Below are positions 1 through 10,310 of a stretch of 64,000 nucleotides of DNA, piece by piece. The notes below the pieces were generated by a model, which saw nothing but the letters and a program-made list of their open reading frames with translations, ran no database searches and had not been told where the DNA came from. How positions within the stretch are numbered: position 1 is the first letter of the stretch; each line of letters opens with the position of its first letter. The DNA is taken from assembly GCA_964480955.1 (NCBI GenBank), contig CAYZRW010000005.1:26279-90278 (forward strand), given 5' to 3'. The stretch comes from an uncultured Candidatus Bathyarchaeia archaeon (GTDB lineage Archaea; Thermoproteota; Bathyarchaeia; 40CM-2-53-6; RBG-13-38-9). The translations under genes were made by a program, and so were the position numbers.

Positions 1-2
1 TC

Positions 3-236
3 ACTGACGCCTTTACCACTGCCAAGTTCGCCAAGGAAGCAGGCTACGTTCCAGTAGTCTCACATCGATCAGGCGAGACTTGTGGACCAGAAATTGCACA
101 TGTGGCAGTCGCACTCCAAGTTCCAATCATGAAGCTTGGCGTAGTCGGTGGGGAAAGGATTGCAAAGATAAATGAGTTAATAAGGATAGAAGAAGTTCTT
201 GCTGGAAGAGCCAAGATGGCTAACATAGGAGTCTAG
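3..236 (+). CDS. eno: Enolase, C-terminal fragment (gene starts before the window)
   Basis: Manual translation of frame 3: TDAFTTAKFAKEAGYVPVVSHRSGETCGPEIAHVAV...GGERIAKINELIRIEEVL; SHRSGET is the enolase signature; TAG at 234-236; position before rps2 is usual in archaea. Confidence 0.93.
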   Translation, partial: TDAFTTAKFAKEAGYVPVVSHRSGETCGPEIAHVAVALQVPIMKLGVVGGERIAKINELIRIEEVLAGRAKMANIGV

Positions 237-244
237 GTGTCAAG

Positions 245-907
245 ATGAGCTCGACAGAAAGGGAGGAAATGCCCAAGGCTGAGAACCTTCTACAATCCCT
301 AGAGGAGCTTCTGGCAGCCGGCCTTCACATAGGGACGAGAGTAAAGACAGGCGATATGGAGAAGTATATCTTCCGCGTTAGGCCAGATGGGCTATTCATA
401 CTGAACATAGGGAAGACCGATGAGAAGGTCAGGCTGGTTGCAAAATTCATCAGTAGATTTGAACCCTCACGAGTGGTCGTGGTCTCATCAAGACTCTACG
501 GCAGGACTCCCGTAGAGAAATTTTGTGAATTGACAAGGGCCACCCCCATAGTTGGCCGTTTCATGCCCGGATTGATCTCAAACCCGCTTCAACCTAAGCA
601 TATTGAGCCACAACTTGTCATCGTCACAGACCCAAGGGCTGATTTTCAGGCAATAAAGGAAGCTTCGATAGCCGGTGTCCCAGTAGTCGCCCTCTGCGAC
701 ACGGACAACGTCTTGAGCGGTGTCGATTTGGCTATTCCGGTTAACAATAAGGGCCGAAAGGCCCTCGCCATGGTGTTCTGGCTACTTGCTAGGCAAGTCT
801 TGCGTGAGAGGGGAGAGATCCCACCCGATAGGGGAATACCTTTGACGGTAGACGACTTCGAAACCAAGCTCACTGCAATAACTCCAAAGTACGGAGTTGA
901 AGATTGA
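245..907 (+). CDS. rps2: 30S ribosomal protein uS2
   Basis: LAAGLHIGTRVKT, GRFMPG, VTDPRADFQAIKEA, IPVNNKGRKALA motifs. Confidence 0.97.
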   Translation: MSSTEREEMPKAENLLQSLEELLAAGLHIGTRVKTGDMEKYIFRVRPDGLFILNIGKTDEKVRLVAKFISRFEPSRVVVVSSRLYGRTPVEKFCELTRATPIVGRFMPGLISNPLQPKHIEPQLVIVTDPRADFQAIKEASIAGVPVVALCDTDNVLSGVDLAIPVNNKGRKALAMVFWLLARQVLRERGEIPPDRGIPLTVDDFETKLTAITPKYGVED

Positions 908-1752
908 GGACGCGTAAGCCAGCCCAGGCCGGCATGTTCTACGCGGGGTCGAGTGCTGCTCTCAGACAGGAGATTGAGGGGTGCTTCAAACATCGACTTG
1001 GACCGGGAAGGTTGCCAGATAAGAAACAGAAGGGTCTATCTGGATTAGTCGCTTTGGTCTCTCCACATGCTGGCTACATGTACTCGGGCCCCGTAGCGGC
1101 CGCCGCATACTCTGAACTTGCAGACAACGGTACACCAACCAGGGTAGTAATTATTGGACCTAACCACACGGGGATGGGCAGCGGCGTCTCATTGATGAAT
1201 GAAGGTAAATGGGCTACGCCACTTGGCGAGATCCAAATAGACTCGCCGCTGGCAAACTTGATCCTCGAGAATGCACCGATAATTGATGTGGACGACAAGG
1301 CCCACATCTACGAGCACTCTATTGAAGTTCAGCTGCCTTTTCTCCAGTACCTCTACGACAACGCTTTCACGTTCGTTCCAATATGCATGATGATCCAAGA
1401 CCTCGAAACGGGTAGAGAAATTGGTGAAGCAATCGCCAAAGCGGCAAGTGAACCCACAGACCTCGTTGTGGCTTCATCAGACATGACACACTATGAACCT
1501 CACAAAGCTGCAAGTGAGAAAGACATGAAGGTAATTCAAGCAATTGAGAAGCTAGATGAGAGGTTGCTGGATCAGGTGGTAGAGTCCAGCGCTGTCTCAG
1601 TATGCGGAATAGGACCTATTGTCGCTGCAATAGTCTACTCTAAGAGGCGCGGGATCAATAGAGCCAAGCTACTATCATATAGAACGAGTGGAGATATCTC
1701 TGGAGACTACTCTTCGGTCGTCGGTTACGCGGCGATATCTTTCGGAGGATAG
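904..1752 (+). CDS. MEMO1 family protein (AmmeMemoRadiSam system protein B)
   Basis: RKPAQAGMFY, PHAGYMYSG, GPNHTG, EHSIEVQLPFLQY, ASSDMTHY, VVGYAAI. Confidence 0.95.
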   Translation: MRTRKPAQAGMFYAGSSAALRQEIEGCFKHRLGPGRLPDKKQKGLSGLVALVSPHAGYMYSGPVAAAAYSELADNGTPTRVVIIGPNHTGMGSGVSLMNEGKWATPLGEIQIDSPLANLILENAPIIDVDDKAHIYEHSIEVQLPFLQYLYDNAFTFVPICMMIQDLETGREIGEAIAKAASEPTDLVVASSDMTHYEPHKAASEKDMKVIQAIEKLDERLLDQVVESSAVSVCGIGPIVAAIVYSKRRGINRAKLLSYRTSGDISGDYSSVVGYAAISFGG

Positions 1753-1782
1753 CCCCACAACTCCTTGGCAGGAGACTCAACA

Positions 1783-2775
1783 ATGACTGTTGCCTACGCC
1801 CCTGCCAAGATCATCATAACAGGCGAGCACTTTGTGGTTCATGGACAACCAGCCCTAGCTGCAGCGGTCAACCTCTACTCGAAAGCATCCGTAGAACCAG
1901 GCCCCCCGAAAATGATCGAAATATCCTCTCCATCACTGGGAGTTGTTGAGACCACCTCAATCAATACATCGAATGAGAAAAACCTCCCGACACGTGGAGG
2001 GTCTATTCTTGAACCTCTCAGACTTGTCGTAGAGAGAGTTATGGAGAAGGCTGGACAGAGAGAGGTTGGGCTAAGACTTCAGGTCGCCTCTCAAATACCT
2101 GTGGGAGTCGGCCTAGGCTCGTCGGCCTCAACAGCGGTCTCAACCGCGGCAGCAGTAGCCAAGTTCCTGAACCTTGAACTTGATAAACGCGAGATTTGTG
2201 AACTCGCCCTGGTGCAAGAACGATTCATACATAAGAAACCTTCAGGCATAGACCCCACAACTGCGGCTTATGGAGGAATGATTCTGTTTAAGGTGGGAGA
2301 ACCTCCAATACACATCCGCCCCTGCAACCAAATAGGCATAGTGATAGGGAATACTGGAACAGCGAGGTCTACAGGCGAGCTCGTTACAAAGGTAAGTAGA
2401 CGTGTCGAAGGGGGGGATGCCGACCTGGGAAGGATTACTCATTCAGCTGGCCAACTCACCCTCAAGGCAGTAGAGGCGTACAAGGAAAGAGACTTTAATG
2501 GACTAGGAAGAATAATGAATGAAAACCACAAGCTGCTCATGCAGATAGGTATCTCAACACCTCAAATTGATAGACTGGTTGAGGGTGCCCGGGACGCTGG
2601 TGCATTAGGAGCGAAACTGACAGGAGCGGGAGGAGGAGGGTGCATGATAGCTCTTTCAAGGCTCGAAGATAGAGATAAGATTGCAGAGGCTATAGTTGAG
2701 GCTGGTGGGCAACCGTATCTTGTTGAGATAGACCGATTCGGTGTTAGAAGCAATGTTGACAAGCCGAAGAAATAG
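1783..2775 (+). CDS. mvk: Mevalonate kinase
   Basis: APAKIIITGEHFVVHG, GHMP motif PVGVGLGSSAS, PSGID, GAKLTGAGGGG; ATG 1783 preferred over TTG 1765. Confidence 0.95.
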   Translation: MTVAYAPAKIIITGEHFVVHGQPALAAAVNLYSKASVEPGPPKMIEISSPSLGVVETTSINTSNEKNLPTRGGSILEPLRLVVERVMEKAGQREVGLRLQVASQIPVGVGLGSSASTAVSTAAAVAKFLNLELDKREICELALVQERFIHKKPSGIDPTTAAYGGMILFKVGEPPIHIRPCNQIGIVIGNTGTARSTGELVTKVSRRVEGGDADLGRITHSAGQLTLKAVEAYKERDFNGLGRIMNENHKLLMQIGISTPQIDRLVEGARDAGALGAKLTGAGGGGCMIALSRLEDRDKIAEAIVEAGGQPYLVEIDRFGVRSNVDKPKK

Positions 2776-2852
2776 GATCGTCCTCAGATCCGTGACATCT
2801 CAGTAGGATCTGCCCCCGCTGAACAAGCCTACGCTTTTGAAGAGGGACAGAA

Positions 2853-3959
2853 GTGTCAAGGAAGATTGAAGAGAGGAAGAAAGGCCACCTAGAGATATCT
2901 CTTAGAAAGAATGTGGAGGCAGATATTGGGGCTGGATTTGATGATGTTATCTTGATTCACAAGGCCCTTCCAGAGATCTCACGCTCAGACATAGACATAT
3001 CGACGGAACTCTTCGGCCGCACTCTAAAAGCCCCACTGATACTGGGGTCTATGACCGGAGGGGTCGCTGAAGCAACCAAGATAAACAGGCTCCTAGGGGA
3101 GTGTGCTGAACACCATGGATTGGCCATCGGCGTTGGAAGTCAAAGAGCGGCAATAGAGAACCCTAAACTGGTAGGAACCTACAGTGTAGTCAGAGAAACT
3201 GCACCGACAGCCTTCGTCTTCGCAAACCTAGGTTGCCCACAATTCGCTTCTGGTTATGATATTGAAGAAGCCAAGAATGCCGTGGAGATGATTCAAGCAG
3301 ACGCTCTTCTGGTACACGCCAACCCACTCCAAGAGTCGATTCAGTTAGAGGGAGAGCCAAACTTCAGGGGAGTCCTTTCAAAGATCAAAGTGCTCGCCTC
3401 AGAGTTAGACGTTCCCGTAGTCGTCAAGGAGACTGGATCTGGGATCTCTGGCGAGGTTGCCTCCCAGATCGAGAGAGCAGGCGCCAAAGGAGTTGATGTC
3501 GCTGGAGCAGGTGGAACAAGCTGGGCTAAGGTCGAGTACTTCAGAGCAGTCCAGGTAGGCGACAGGCTTCAACAAACCCTCGGAAGGACTTTTCGAAATT
3601 GGGGGATACCAACGTGTGCAAGCATTGTGGAAGCCTCGGGCTCTACTAGACTGACGGTGATTTCGTCAGGAGGCATAAGAAGCGGACTCGACATTGCAAA
3701 GTCAATAGCACTGGGCGCTGTAGCAGGAGGAGTAGCCCTACCTTTCCTAAAGGCTGCGGCCCGAGGCAGAAAGTATCTGAATGAAAAAGTAGAAACCTTC
3801 CTTGAGGAAATGCGAACAGCCATGTTCCTAGTTGGGGTGAGAAACCTCGACGAATTGCGACATGCACCACTTGTTCTTAGCGGCGGGATAGCTCATTGGC
3901 TGAATGAGCGAGGGTACAACAGCACTCAATATGCCAGACGAGGGCCTCCCCACCCATAA
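2853..3959 (+). CDS. fni: Type 2 isopentenyl-diphosphate delta-isomerase (FMN-dependent)
   Basis: RKKGHL, SMTGG, GVGSQRAA, NPLQE, VKETGSG, GAGGTSW, SGGIRSGLD. Confidence 0.96.
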   Translation: MSRKIEERKKGHLEISLRKNVEADIGAGFDDVILIHKALPEISRSDIDISTELFGRTLKAPLILGSMTGGVAEATKINRLLGECAEHHGLAIGVGSQRAAIENPKLVGTYSVVRETAPTAFVFANLGCPQFASGYDIEEAKNAVEMIQADALLVHANPLQESIQLEGEPNFRGVLSKIKVLASELDVPVVVKETGSGISGEVASQIERAGAKGVDVAGAGGTSWAKVEYFRAVQVGDRLQQTLGRTFRNWGIPTCASIVEASGSTRLTVISSGGIRSGLDIAKSIALGAVAGGVALPFLKAAARGRKYLNEKVETFLEEMRTAMFLVGVRNLDELRHAPLVLSGGIAHWLNERGYNSTQYARRGPPHP

Positions 3960-4038
3960 GCTGAAGTCCCAACAAATCAACCCTATCTTTTTTATTGTCG
4001 AGATGCAGTTACCTAGACTTCAGCCAGAGATGTCTGCA

Positions 4039-5301
4039 ATGAGAAGCTCCCAAATCCCAGGTTTTTATAATCTATCTCCAGCTGAGCGACTCAAGATAGT
4101 CAAGGAGTTTGCCTCCCTCAGTGATGAGGATGTACAGGCTCTTCAGTCAACGGGCTCCTTGGACATTAAACTCGCAAACCGTATGATAGAAAACGTAGTC
4201 GGAGTTATGCCAGTCACCCTTGGGATAGCCACCAATTTCATCATGAATGGAAAAGACTACCTTGTCCCAATGGCGATCGAGGAGCCGTCGGTTGTGGCTG
4301 CCGCTAGCAACTCTGCAAAAATGGCCAGGCCCAAAGGCGGCTTCACCACAAGCAGTACACAACCCTTGATGATTGGTCAGATACAGATCCTAAACGTTCC
4401 AGACCCACATGGGGCGAGGATGTCTCTGCTCTCGGCCAAAGAGGAGATCTTGAGGAAGGCAAACGAACAAGACCCTATCTTGGTCTCAAAGGGTGGAGGG
4501 GCGAAGGATGTGCGGTGCAAGGTTGTCAATACGATTGTTGGAGATATTGTTGTGGTGGAGCTTCTTGTGGATTGCAGGGACGCAATGGGCGCTAATGCCG
4601 TCAACACCATGGCTGAGGCTGTAGCCCCAACTGTCGAGACAATTTCTGGGGGAAGAGTATACCTAAGGATCATCTCAAACTTGGCCACCGAGAGGCTGGC
4701 GCGCGCGAAAGCAACCTTCTCAAAGTCCGCCCTAGGTGGAGAAGAGGTTGTAGATGGAATAATAAACGCCTACGCCTTCGCGCTAGCAGACCCATACCGT
4801 TGCGCAACACACAACAAAGGCATAATGAACGGGATCTCCGCAGTCGTATTAGCAACCGGAAACGATACAAGAGCTGTTGAGGCAGGTGCACACAGCTACG
4901 CCGCACTTCACGGAAAATATAGGCCACTCACAACATGGGAGAAGAACCGTGAGGGAGATCTGGTAGGCACGATTGAACTTCCAATGGCTGTCGGACTGAT
5001 TGGTGGTGCCACAGCTACCCACCCAATAGCCAAGATATCGGTAAAGATTCTCGGTGTAAAGACCGCGTCAGAACTTGCCCAAGTAATTGCGGCTGTCGGT
5101 CTAGCGCAAAACCTCGCCGCTCTTAGAGCCCTTGCAACAGAAGGCATACAGAGAGGTCACATGACCCTTCATGCTCGAAATGTAGCTTCAATGGCCGGCG
5201 CAACTGGAGAAATGATAGATAGGGTTGCTGACATAATGGTTAAGGAGCGAAAAGTGAGGATGGACAGGGCTAAAGAAATCATTGAGGAACTTGGGCGGTA
5301 A
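4039..5301 (+). CDS. hmgA: HMG-CoA reductase, class II
   Basis: MRSSQIPGFY start, IENVVG, EEPSVVAAAS, DAMGAN, THNKGIMNG, EGIQRGHMTLHARN are class II hallmarks; start at 4030 or 4039 rather than 3904. Confidence 0.95.
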   Translation: MRSSQIPGFYNLSPAERLKIVKEFASLSDEDVQALQSTGSLDIKLANRMIENVVGVMPVTLGIATNFIMNGKDYLVPMAIEEPSVVAAASNSAKMARPKGGFTTSSTQPLMIGQIQILNVPDPHGARMSLLSAKEEILRKANEQDPILVSKGGGAKDVRCKVVNTIVGDIVVVELLVDCRDAMGANAVNTMAEAVAPTVETISGGRVYLRIISNLATERLARAKATFSKSALGGEEVVDGIINAYAFALADPYRCATHNKGIMNGISAVVLATGNDTRAVEAGAHSYAALHGKYRPLTTWEKNREGDLVGTIELPMAVGLIGGATATHPIAKISVKILGVKTASELAQVIAAVGLAQNLAALRALATEGIQRGHMTLHARNVASMAGATGEMIDRVADIMVKERKVRMDRAKEIIEELGR

Positions 5302-5335
5302 TCTCTACCGGAGTTAATAGTCTCGATCAAGCGAC

Positions 5336-6205
5336 TTATACGCTGTTGATGCTTCCAGCAACAAATGCGAGAAGACCGAGAAACATCCAGATCAGACTCT
5401 TATTTTTTATCCGCTTGGCGTTTGCGCGGTCATGTTTTCTCATCAGGGAGATGCCTGAGGACACAAATCCAATGTCAGAGATCAAGACCAGAGGGAGATA
5501 CGCCATACCCACCAAACTCAGTGCAGGTGGCATGGAACTCAAACCAACAGCAACGAAGTAGAGTGTAGCCGCAAGCTGCGAGGCCTTTCTAGAACCGTAG
5601 GCCACAGCAACCGTATTGACCATTCTTGAACGGTCACCTTCGATATCAACTATGCCCTTGGCCACCTCTCTGCCGAGGTTGGCTGTGAAAGACATTAGTG
5701 CAAAAAATACGAGGACAAAGGTTATCTTTCCAACGACTGCTCCACCGAATATGAAAGGGAGGCCTATACAAGTGCTCACCAGCACATTCCCGAATAGACC
5801 GGTCTTCTTTCCGCGAGTGTTATAGAATAACATCAATGAGAAGGCAAAGACAGCTATCGCAAAGCTACAAATGTTAAGCAATGCTGAAGCCGCCAACCCC
5901 ATCGCGCCGGCAATTACTCCGATCATAAGCGCTTGGTGGGGTGTGAGGCTACCTAAAGGCAATGGCTTACTTGGACTGTTGATTCTGTCGATTTCAAGGT
6001 CATAATAATCGTTAATCGCCATGGTCCCCGCCATTAAGAAAGAGGCGGCAGAAGCGCCTAGAAGAGCCTCATGTAGCAGGGGGATCTTCCCAAGCGTGAT
6101 TAGTTCTCCAACTACTACGGCAAAGCCTATCATAAAGCAGTTGATAGGTCTAATTATACTGAGAGTTGCGACTAACCTTGAAAGCCAAGCCGTCTTGTGT
6201 ATCAA
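5336..6205 (-). CDS. Digeranylgeranylglyceryl phosphate synthase (UbiA family)
   Basis: IRPINC, NDYYDLEIDRINSPSKPLP, REVAKGIVDIEGD, many hydrophobic helices; divergent from GGGP synthase. Confidence 0.9.
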   Translation of the reverse strand: MIHKTAWLSRLVATLSIIRPINCFMIGFAVVVGELITLGKIPLLHEALLGASAASFLMAGTMAINDYYDLEIDRINSPSKPLPLGSLTPHQALMIGVIAGAMGLAASALLNICSFAIAVFAFSLMLFYNTRGKKTGLFGNVLVSTCIGLPFIFGGAVVGKITFVLVFFALMSFTANLGREVAKGIVDIEGDRSRMVNTVAVAYGSRKASQLAATLYFVAVGLSSMPPALSLVGMAYLPLVLISDIGFVSSGISLMRKHDRANAKRIKNKSLIWMFLGLLAFVAGSINSV

Positions 6206-6411
6206 AGTCTTGATGCAACCTTGAACTTAAGTATCTGCATGATTGATGCATTTCGATGCCTAAATGAATTTTGGAGATAATGATTTAACTAGCTCAGGTC
6301 AATACAAACGTAGAAAAATCCAGTCTGTGCTCCAACAGCCCTGGATCAATGATATAGCAATATATCTGCTAAGCCTAATATGGAAAAGCCACCATTGTGA
6401 GATGAAGGACT

Positions 6412-7164
6412 TTGAACGGTAAGGTTGAGAAACATCTTCTGAACGCAATGGCAAAGGACGGGGCGATTCACCTTTCGCTGATAGATCCAGAAAACACCAC
6501 CGGTGAACTTGCTGGCGAGCTTGCTCGTAAACTTCAGGAACTGGGCTCGTCCGCGATTATGGTTGGAGGAAGTACTGTAGTCTCCCCACGCGACTTGGAT
6601 GATGTAGTGAAGGCAATTAAGAGAAGCACCAATCTTCCTACAATCTTGTTTCCCAACGGTATAACAGGGATCAGTGAATATGCTGACGCCATCTTCTTCG
6701 CTACACTGATGAATTCTCTTAACCCCTATTATATCACAGGCGTCCAAGCGTTGGGCGCCCCACTGGTGAAGCGTTACGGCTTGGAACCCATACCCATGGG
6801 ATACATAATAATCGGAGCAGGCACAGGTGCCGCCGGATTCGTAGGCCAAGCTGCACCTGTGCCTCCAGACAAGCCTGAGTTGGCATCAATATATGCGCTT
6901 GCGGCCCAGTACCTCGGTATGCGTTTTGTCTATCTCGAAGCTGGATCAGGATCAGAAAAACCTGTGCCCGCAGAAATGGTTAGGCATGTGAAGAAATCTA
7001 CCGATGTGAAATTGATTGTGGGTGGCGGAATAAGGGTGCCTGAGCAAGCTTTGGAAATTGCAACGGCCGGTGCCGATGCAATTGTTACGGGAACGGTCAT
7101 TGAACGTTCTTCCATTGAGAGTACTGGAAAGCTGATTGAAGTCTTGCGGAAACGTCCAAACTGA
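6412..7164 (+). CDS. Geranylgeranylglyceryl phosphate synthase
   Basis: HLSLIDP, IMVGGST, ILFPNG, MGYII, YLEAGSG, VGGGIR, GADAIVTGT. Confidence 0.95.
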   Translation: MNGKVEKHLLNAMAKDGAIHLSLIDPENTTGELAGELARKLQELGSSAIMVGGSTVVSPRDLDDVVKAIKRSTNLPTILFPNGITGISEYADAIFFATLMNSLNPYYITGVQALGAPLVKRYGLEPIPMGYIIIGAGTGAAGFVGQAAPVPPDKPELASIYALAAQYLGMRFVYLEAGSGSEKPVPAEMVRHVKKSTDVKLIVGGGIRVPEQALEIATAGADAIVTGTVIERSSIESTGKLIEVLRKRPN

Positions 7165-8989
7165 TTCAGAGGCCCCCTCATTGGATCATAGAAGCTTCCT
7201 TTCCATAGGTAAGATAATCCCTTACTACAAGTTTGCTCGTACGCTAGCCTTTCCTTCATTGTTCAGAATAGTTGTTGTACTCTTCATCGTGACACTAGTG
7301 GGATGCATGTTAGCCTTTACGTTTCATAATCAGGCTTGGGAGACGGTTGCTCAGGGTCTAGCCTTTGGTTTTTTTGTACTTTTTGTACCTACAATCTTAG
7401 CGGACACAGTCTCCTCTAGGGTACTCGTTAGAGGAGATCCACTGTTCTATCTTCGAAGATGCCTTGCCCTATCTCTGTTCTCATGCACGGTCTGGACCGT
7501 AATACTGGCTCTCGGGGCACTTGGCGGCAACCTGACGAACATAGATTTTCCTCAGCAGCCATTCTATCTTGCCTTGTTCACAGTTCTCCCGTTGAGGTCT
7601 CTTGCTACTCTTTCGATGTCTTCAACGAGGATGCCGAACAAAGTCCTATTCTCCTTTTCACAGCCATTGGCATCCTCCTTTGCAGCAACAATGCTGTTTG
7701 GATTGAGTGTGCCACTACTTGCGAAGGGCTTCTTCGCCGCAGGTGCATTATCGCTTGTGTCTGTAGTCTCGCTTTTGGTACTCGTCGAGAATAAGGGCAA
7801 AAGAATGGTTAGAGCGTCCCCGTTGCGAGTTTTTAGAGCGTTCTTGGTTGACTGGCTCAACAGGAAGAATGAGATGTTTGAGAGGTTCTTGGAGGAGATT
7901 GGAACTGAGAGCAAGGTCGAGGTAACCATGGTCCAGTTTAACAGTAGGTCAGACGGCCAACCTAAAGGACTATTTGTAGTTTCAAATTTTCATCCTGGGC
8001 CTTTTCTGAATGTTGGAAGCAGCGTACTTCCATATATGATCAAGAAGAGTTTTGAGGGTGACGGCAATCTTGTTGCGGCCGTACCCCACGGAGTGTCCGG
8101 GCATGAGAACAATTTGGTTTCTCAAACCCAGAATGCAAAAGTGCTTTCGGCAATAAGGTCGCTGCTTGGTACTTCTGATTATGGTGATAAAGGATCAAGT
8201 TTTGGAAGATTTGAAGTTGGATCAGCCAAGGTTGGCGCTCAAGTCTTTGGCAACTGTCTACTGCTCACCCTCACTCAATCGCCAAAAGAAATGGAAGACA
8301 TACCCTCCAAACTGGGGAGGGAGCTGACGCAGCTTGCCAAGAAGAGATTCAAGCACGTAGCAATAATTGATTCACACAATTGCATTGACGACGTTAAGAT
8401 GTTCACTGACATAGAGATTGAAGATTTGAGATTAGCTGCGTCTCAAGCCATCGAGTATTCTGCAAAATCGAAAACCGTCAGTCTCGAAATGGGTGCTGCA
8501 AGAAGTGCCTTTGAAGGTCTTGGCCCCGAAGAAGGCTGTGGACCCGGCGGAATAAGCGCGTTCATATTCAAGACTTCTGATCATCTTACTGCTTACGTAA
8601 CCTTCGACGCTAACAATATGCTTTTGGGACTAAGGGAGAGAATTCTCTCTTCTTTGGAGAGCATCGGTGTCGACGACGGCGAGATCATGACGACTGACAC
8701 CCACATCGTCAATGGACTTGTACCTGCAAGACTCGGCTATTACCCCCTGGGAGAGGCCGTCGATCAAGAAATCTTAGTTGAACTGGTAAGGAAGACTGTT
8801 GAAAGAGCCAAAGACAATCTTGAAGGAGTCAGCGTCTCATGTTCCTCGGGAAGTGTTGAGGTAAAGAGTCTGGGCTCAGAATCGCTTGAGAGTCTCACAG
8901 TCTTCATGTATAGGATGGCGAAACTTGTCGCGGCCTACATGTCGATATTCTTTCTAATCTCGAATGTCATAGGAATTCTTCTTGGTTGA
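7136..8989 (+). CDS. DUF2070-family membrane protein (predicted lipid hydrolase-like); start uncertain
   Basis: N-terminal multi-TM region followed by soluble domain with HPGPF, HGVSGHENN, IDSHN, DANN, TTDTH motifs. Confidence 0.82.
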   Translation: MKSCGNVQTDSEAPSLDHRSFLSIGKIIPYYKFARTLAFPSLFRIVVVLFIVTLVGCMLAFTFHNQAWETVAQGLAFGFFVLFVPTILADTVSSRVLVRGDPLFYLRRCLALSLFSCTVWTVILALGALGGNLTNIDFPQQPFYLALFTVLPLRSLATLSMSSTRMPNKVLFSFSQPLASSFAATMLFGLSVPLLAKGFFAAGALSLVSVVSLLVLVENKGKRMVRASPLRVFRAFLVDWLNRKNEMFERFLEEIGTESKVEVTMVQFNSRSDGQPKGLFVVSNFHPGPFLNVGSSVLPYMIKKSFEGDGNLVAAVPHGVSGHENNLVSQTQNAKVLSAIRSLLGTSDYGDKGSSFGRFEVGSAKVGAQVFGNCLLLTLTQSPKEMEDIPSKLGRELTQLAKKRFKHVAIIDSHNCIDDVKMFTDIEIEDLRLAASQAIEYSAKSKTVSLEMGAARSAFEGLGPEEGCGPGGISAFIFKTSDHLTAYVTFDANNMLLGLRERILSSLESIGVDDGEIMTTDTHIVNGLVPARLGYYPLGEAVDQEILVELVRKTVERAKDNLEGVSVSCSSGSVEVKSLGSESLESLTVFMYRMAKLVAAYMSIFFLISNVIGILLG

Positions 8990-9001
8990 GAGGTTGATGA
9001 C

Positions 9002-10054
9002 TTGCGTCTTCACCATATGCAACTTCCTCGTGAAGTGATAGTTGGGACTGACATCATTAACATGCTAGGGCAAGTCTGCCAGAAACTTGGTTTTACAGGA
9101 AGTGTCTTGATAGTGACGGGCCCGAAGATCAGCGCTCTGGCTCAAGAGGATGTGGCCCCCTCCCTTCAAGAAGCTTCCTTATCTGTCAACTACTTTATAG
9201 TCCGGGACTCAACAATGGCCTACGTCAAGATGGCTGAGGAGAAGATTATCCAGTATAAGCCATCGGTTGTCATAGGCCTAGGTGGCGGTAAAGATATCGA
9301 TATCGCCAAGCTGTCGTCGGCGAAAAAGACCATACCTTTCATCAGTGTACCTACCGCAGCATCCCACGACGGGATAGCTAGTTCACATGCCTCAATTAAG
9401 GGGCTGGACAAGCCATACTCGCTCAGAGGGCAGGCGCCCCTTGCCATCCTTGCTGATATTGCGGTGATCTCAAAGTCGCCATACAGGTTGATAGCTAGTG
9501 GATGTGGAGACATCATAGCCAAGTATACTGCGGTGAGAGACTGGAAACTCGCCCACAGAGTAAAAGGGGAGTACTACGGCGACTATGCTGCTGAGCTGGC
9601 GCTTATGAGCGCCAGACTGGTCATGCGAAATGCAAAAGCCATAAGAAAACTAAGTGAGGAGGCTGTAAGGACTGTTGTCGAGGCCCTGATAAGTTGCGGC
9701 GTGGCCATGAGCATAGCCGGAAGCAGTAGGCCCTGCAGCGGCTCTGAGCACATGTTCAGCCACGCCTTAACAATGGTGGCGCCTAATCCAGCGCTTCACG
9801 GTGAGCAGTGTGGTGTGGGTGCAATAATGAGTGCCTACCTTCAAAAAGCAAACTGGAGGCTCCTGAGGGCCATGTTGAGGAAGATCGGGGCTCCCACAAC
9901 CGCTACTGAATTGGGAATAGATGAGAAATACGTCATTGAGGCTCTCACAATGGTTCACAAAGTGAGGCCTGAGAGATATACAGTATTTGGTGAAGAAGGC
10001 CTCTCCGTCAATCAGGCTAAGAGACTCGCTAGGAGGTCCGGGGTTATATCTTAG
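9002..10054 (+). CDS. egsA: sn-glycerol-1-phosphate dehydrogenase
   Basis: GLGGGKDIDIAK, PTAASHDGIAS, SRPCSGSEH, HGEQCGVG, RPERYT. Confidence 0.96.
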   Translation: MRLHHMQLPREVIVGTDIINMLGQVCQKLGFTGSVLIVTGPKISALAQEDVAPSLQEASLSVNYFIVRDSTMAYVKMAEEKIIQYKPSVVIGLGGGKDIDIAKLSSAKKTIPFISVPTAASHDGIASSHASIKGLDKPYSLRGQAPLAILADIAVISKSPYRLIASGCGDIIAKYTAVRDWKLAHRVKGEYYGDYAAELALMSARLVMRNAKAIRKLSEEAVRTVVEALISCGVAMSIAGSSRPCSGSEHMFSHALTMVAPNPALHGEQCGVGAIMSAYLQKANWRLLRAMLRKIGAPTTATELGIDEKYVIEALTMVHKVRPERYTVFGEEGLSVNQAKRLARRSGVIS

Positions 10055-10083
10055 CGGAGTGCTAATTCACGTGTTGGACTAAG

Positions 10084-10308
10084 CTAGGTGCTTGCTAAGG
10101 TCTCAGTACTCCTGACATCTCTTATACCGTTTATCTCAGCTGTAATGGTCTTGAGCTCCCTGTACTCTGAAAACTCCATAAAGGCAACGATGTCCCATCG
10201 CCCATAAACCATATACGCCTTCTTGACTTGCTTAAACTTCTTCACTTCTAGTAGAGTCTGATCTATTCTTGTCGGAATGGTCTTTATCAAAACACATGCA
10301 TTCAACAT
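10084..10308 (-). CDS. Stand-alone Lrp/AsnC ligand-binding (RAM) domain protein
   Basis: 74 aa, ACVLIK...VYGRWDIVA...VRSTETL pattern; no HTH. Confidence 0.85.
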   Translation of the reverse strand: MLNACVLIKTIPTRIDQTLLEVKKFKQVKKAYMVYGRWDIVAFMEFSEYRELKTITAEINGIRDVRSTETLAST

Positions 10309-10310
10309 GG

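Noticed and set aside
3904..4029. N-terminal extension of HMG-CoA reductase
   Set aside because: Overlaps fni and resembles no domain; family similarity starts at MRSSQIPGFY.
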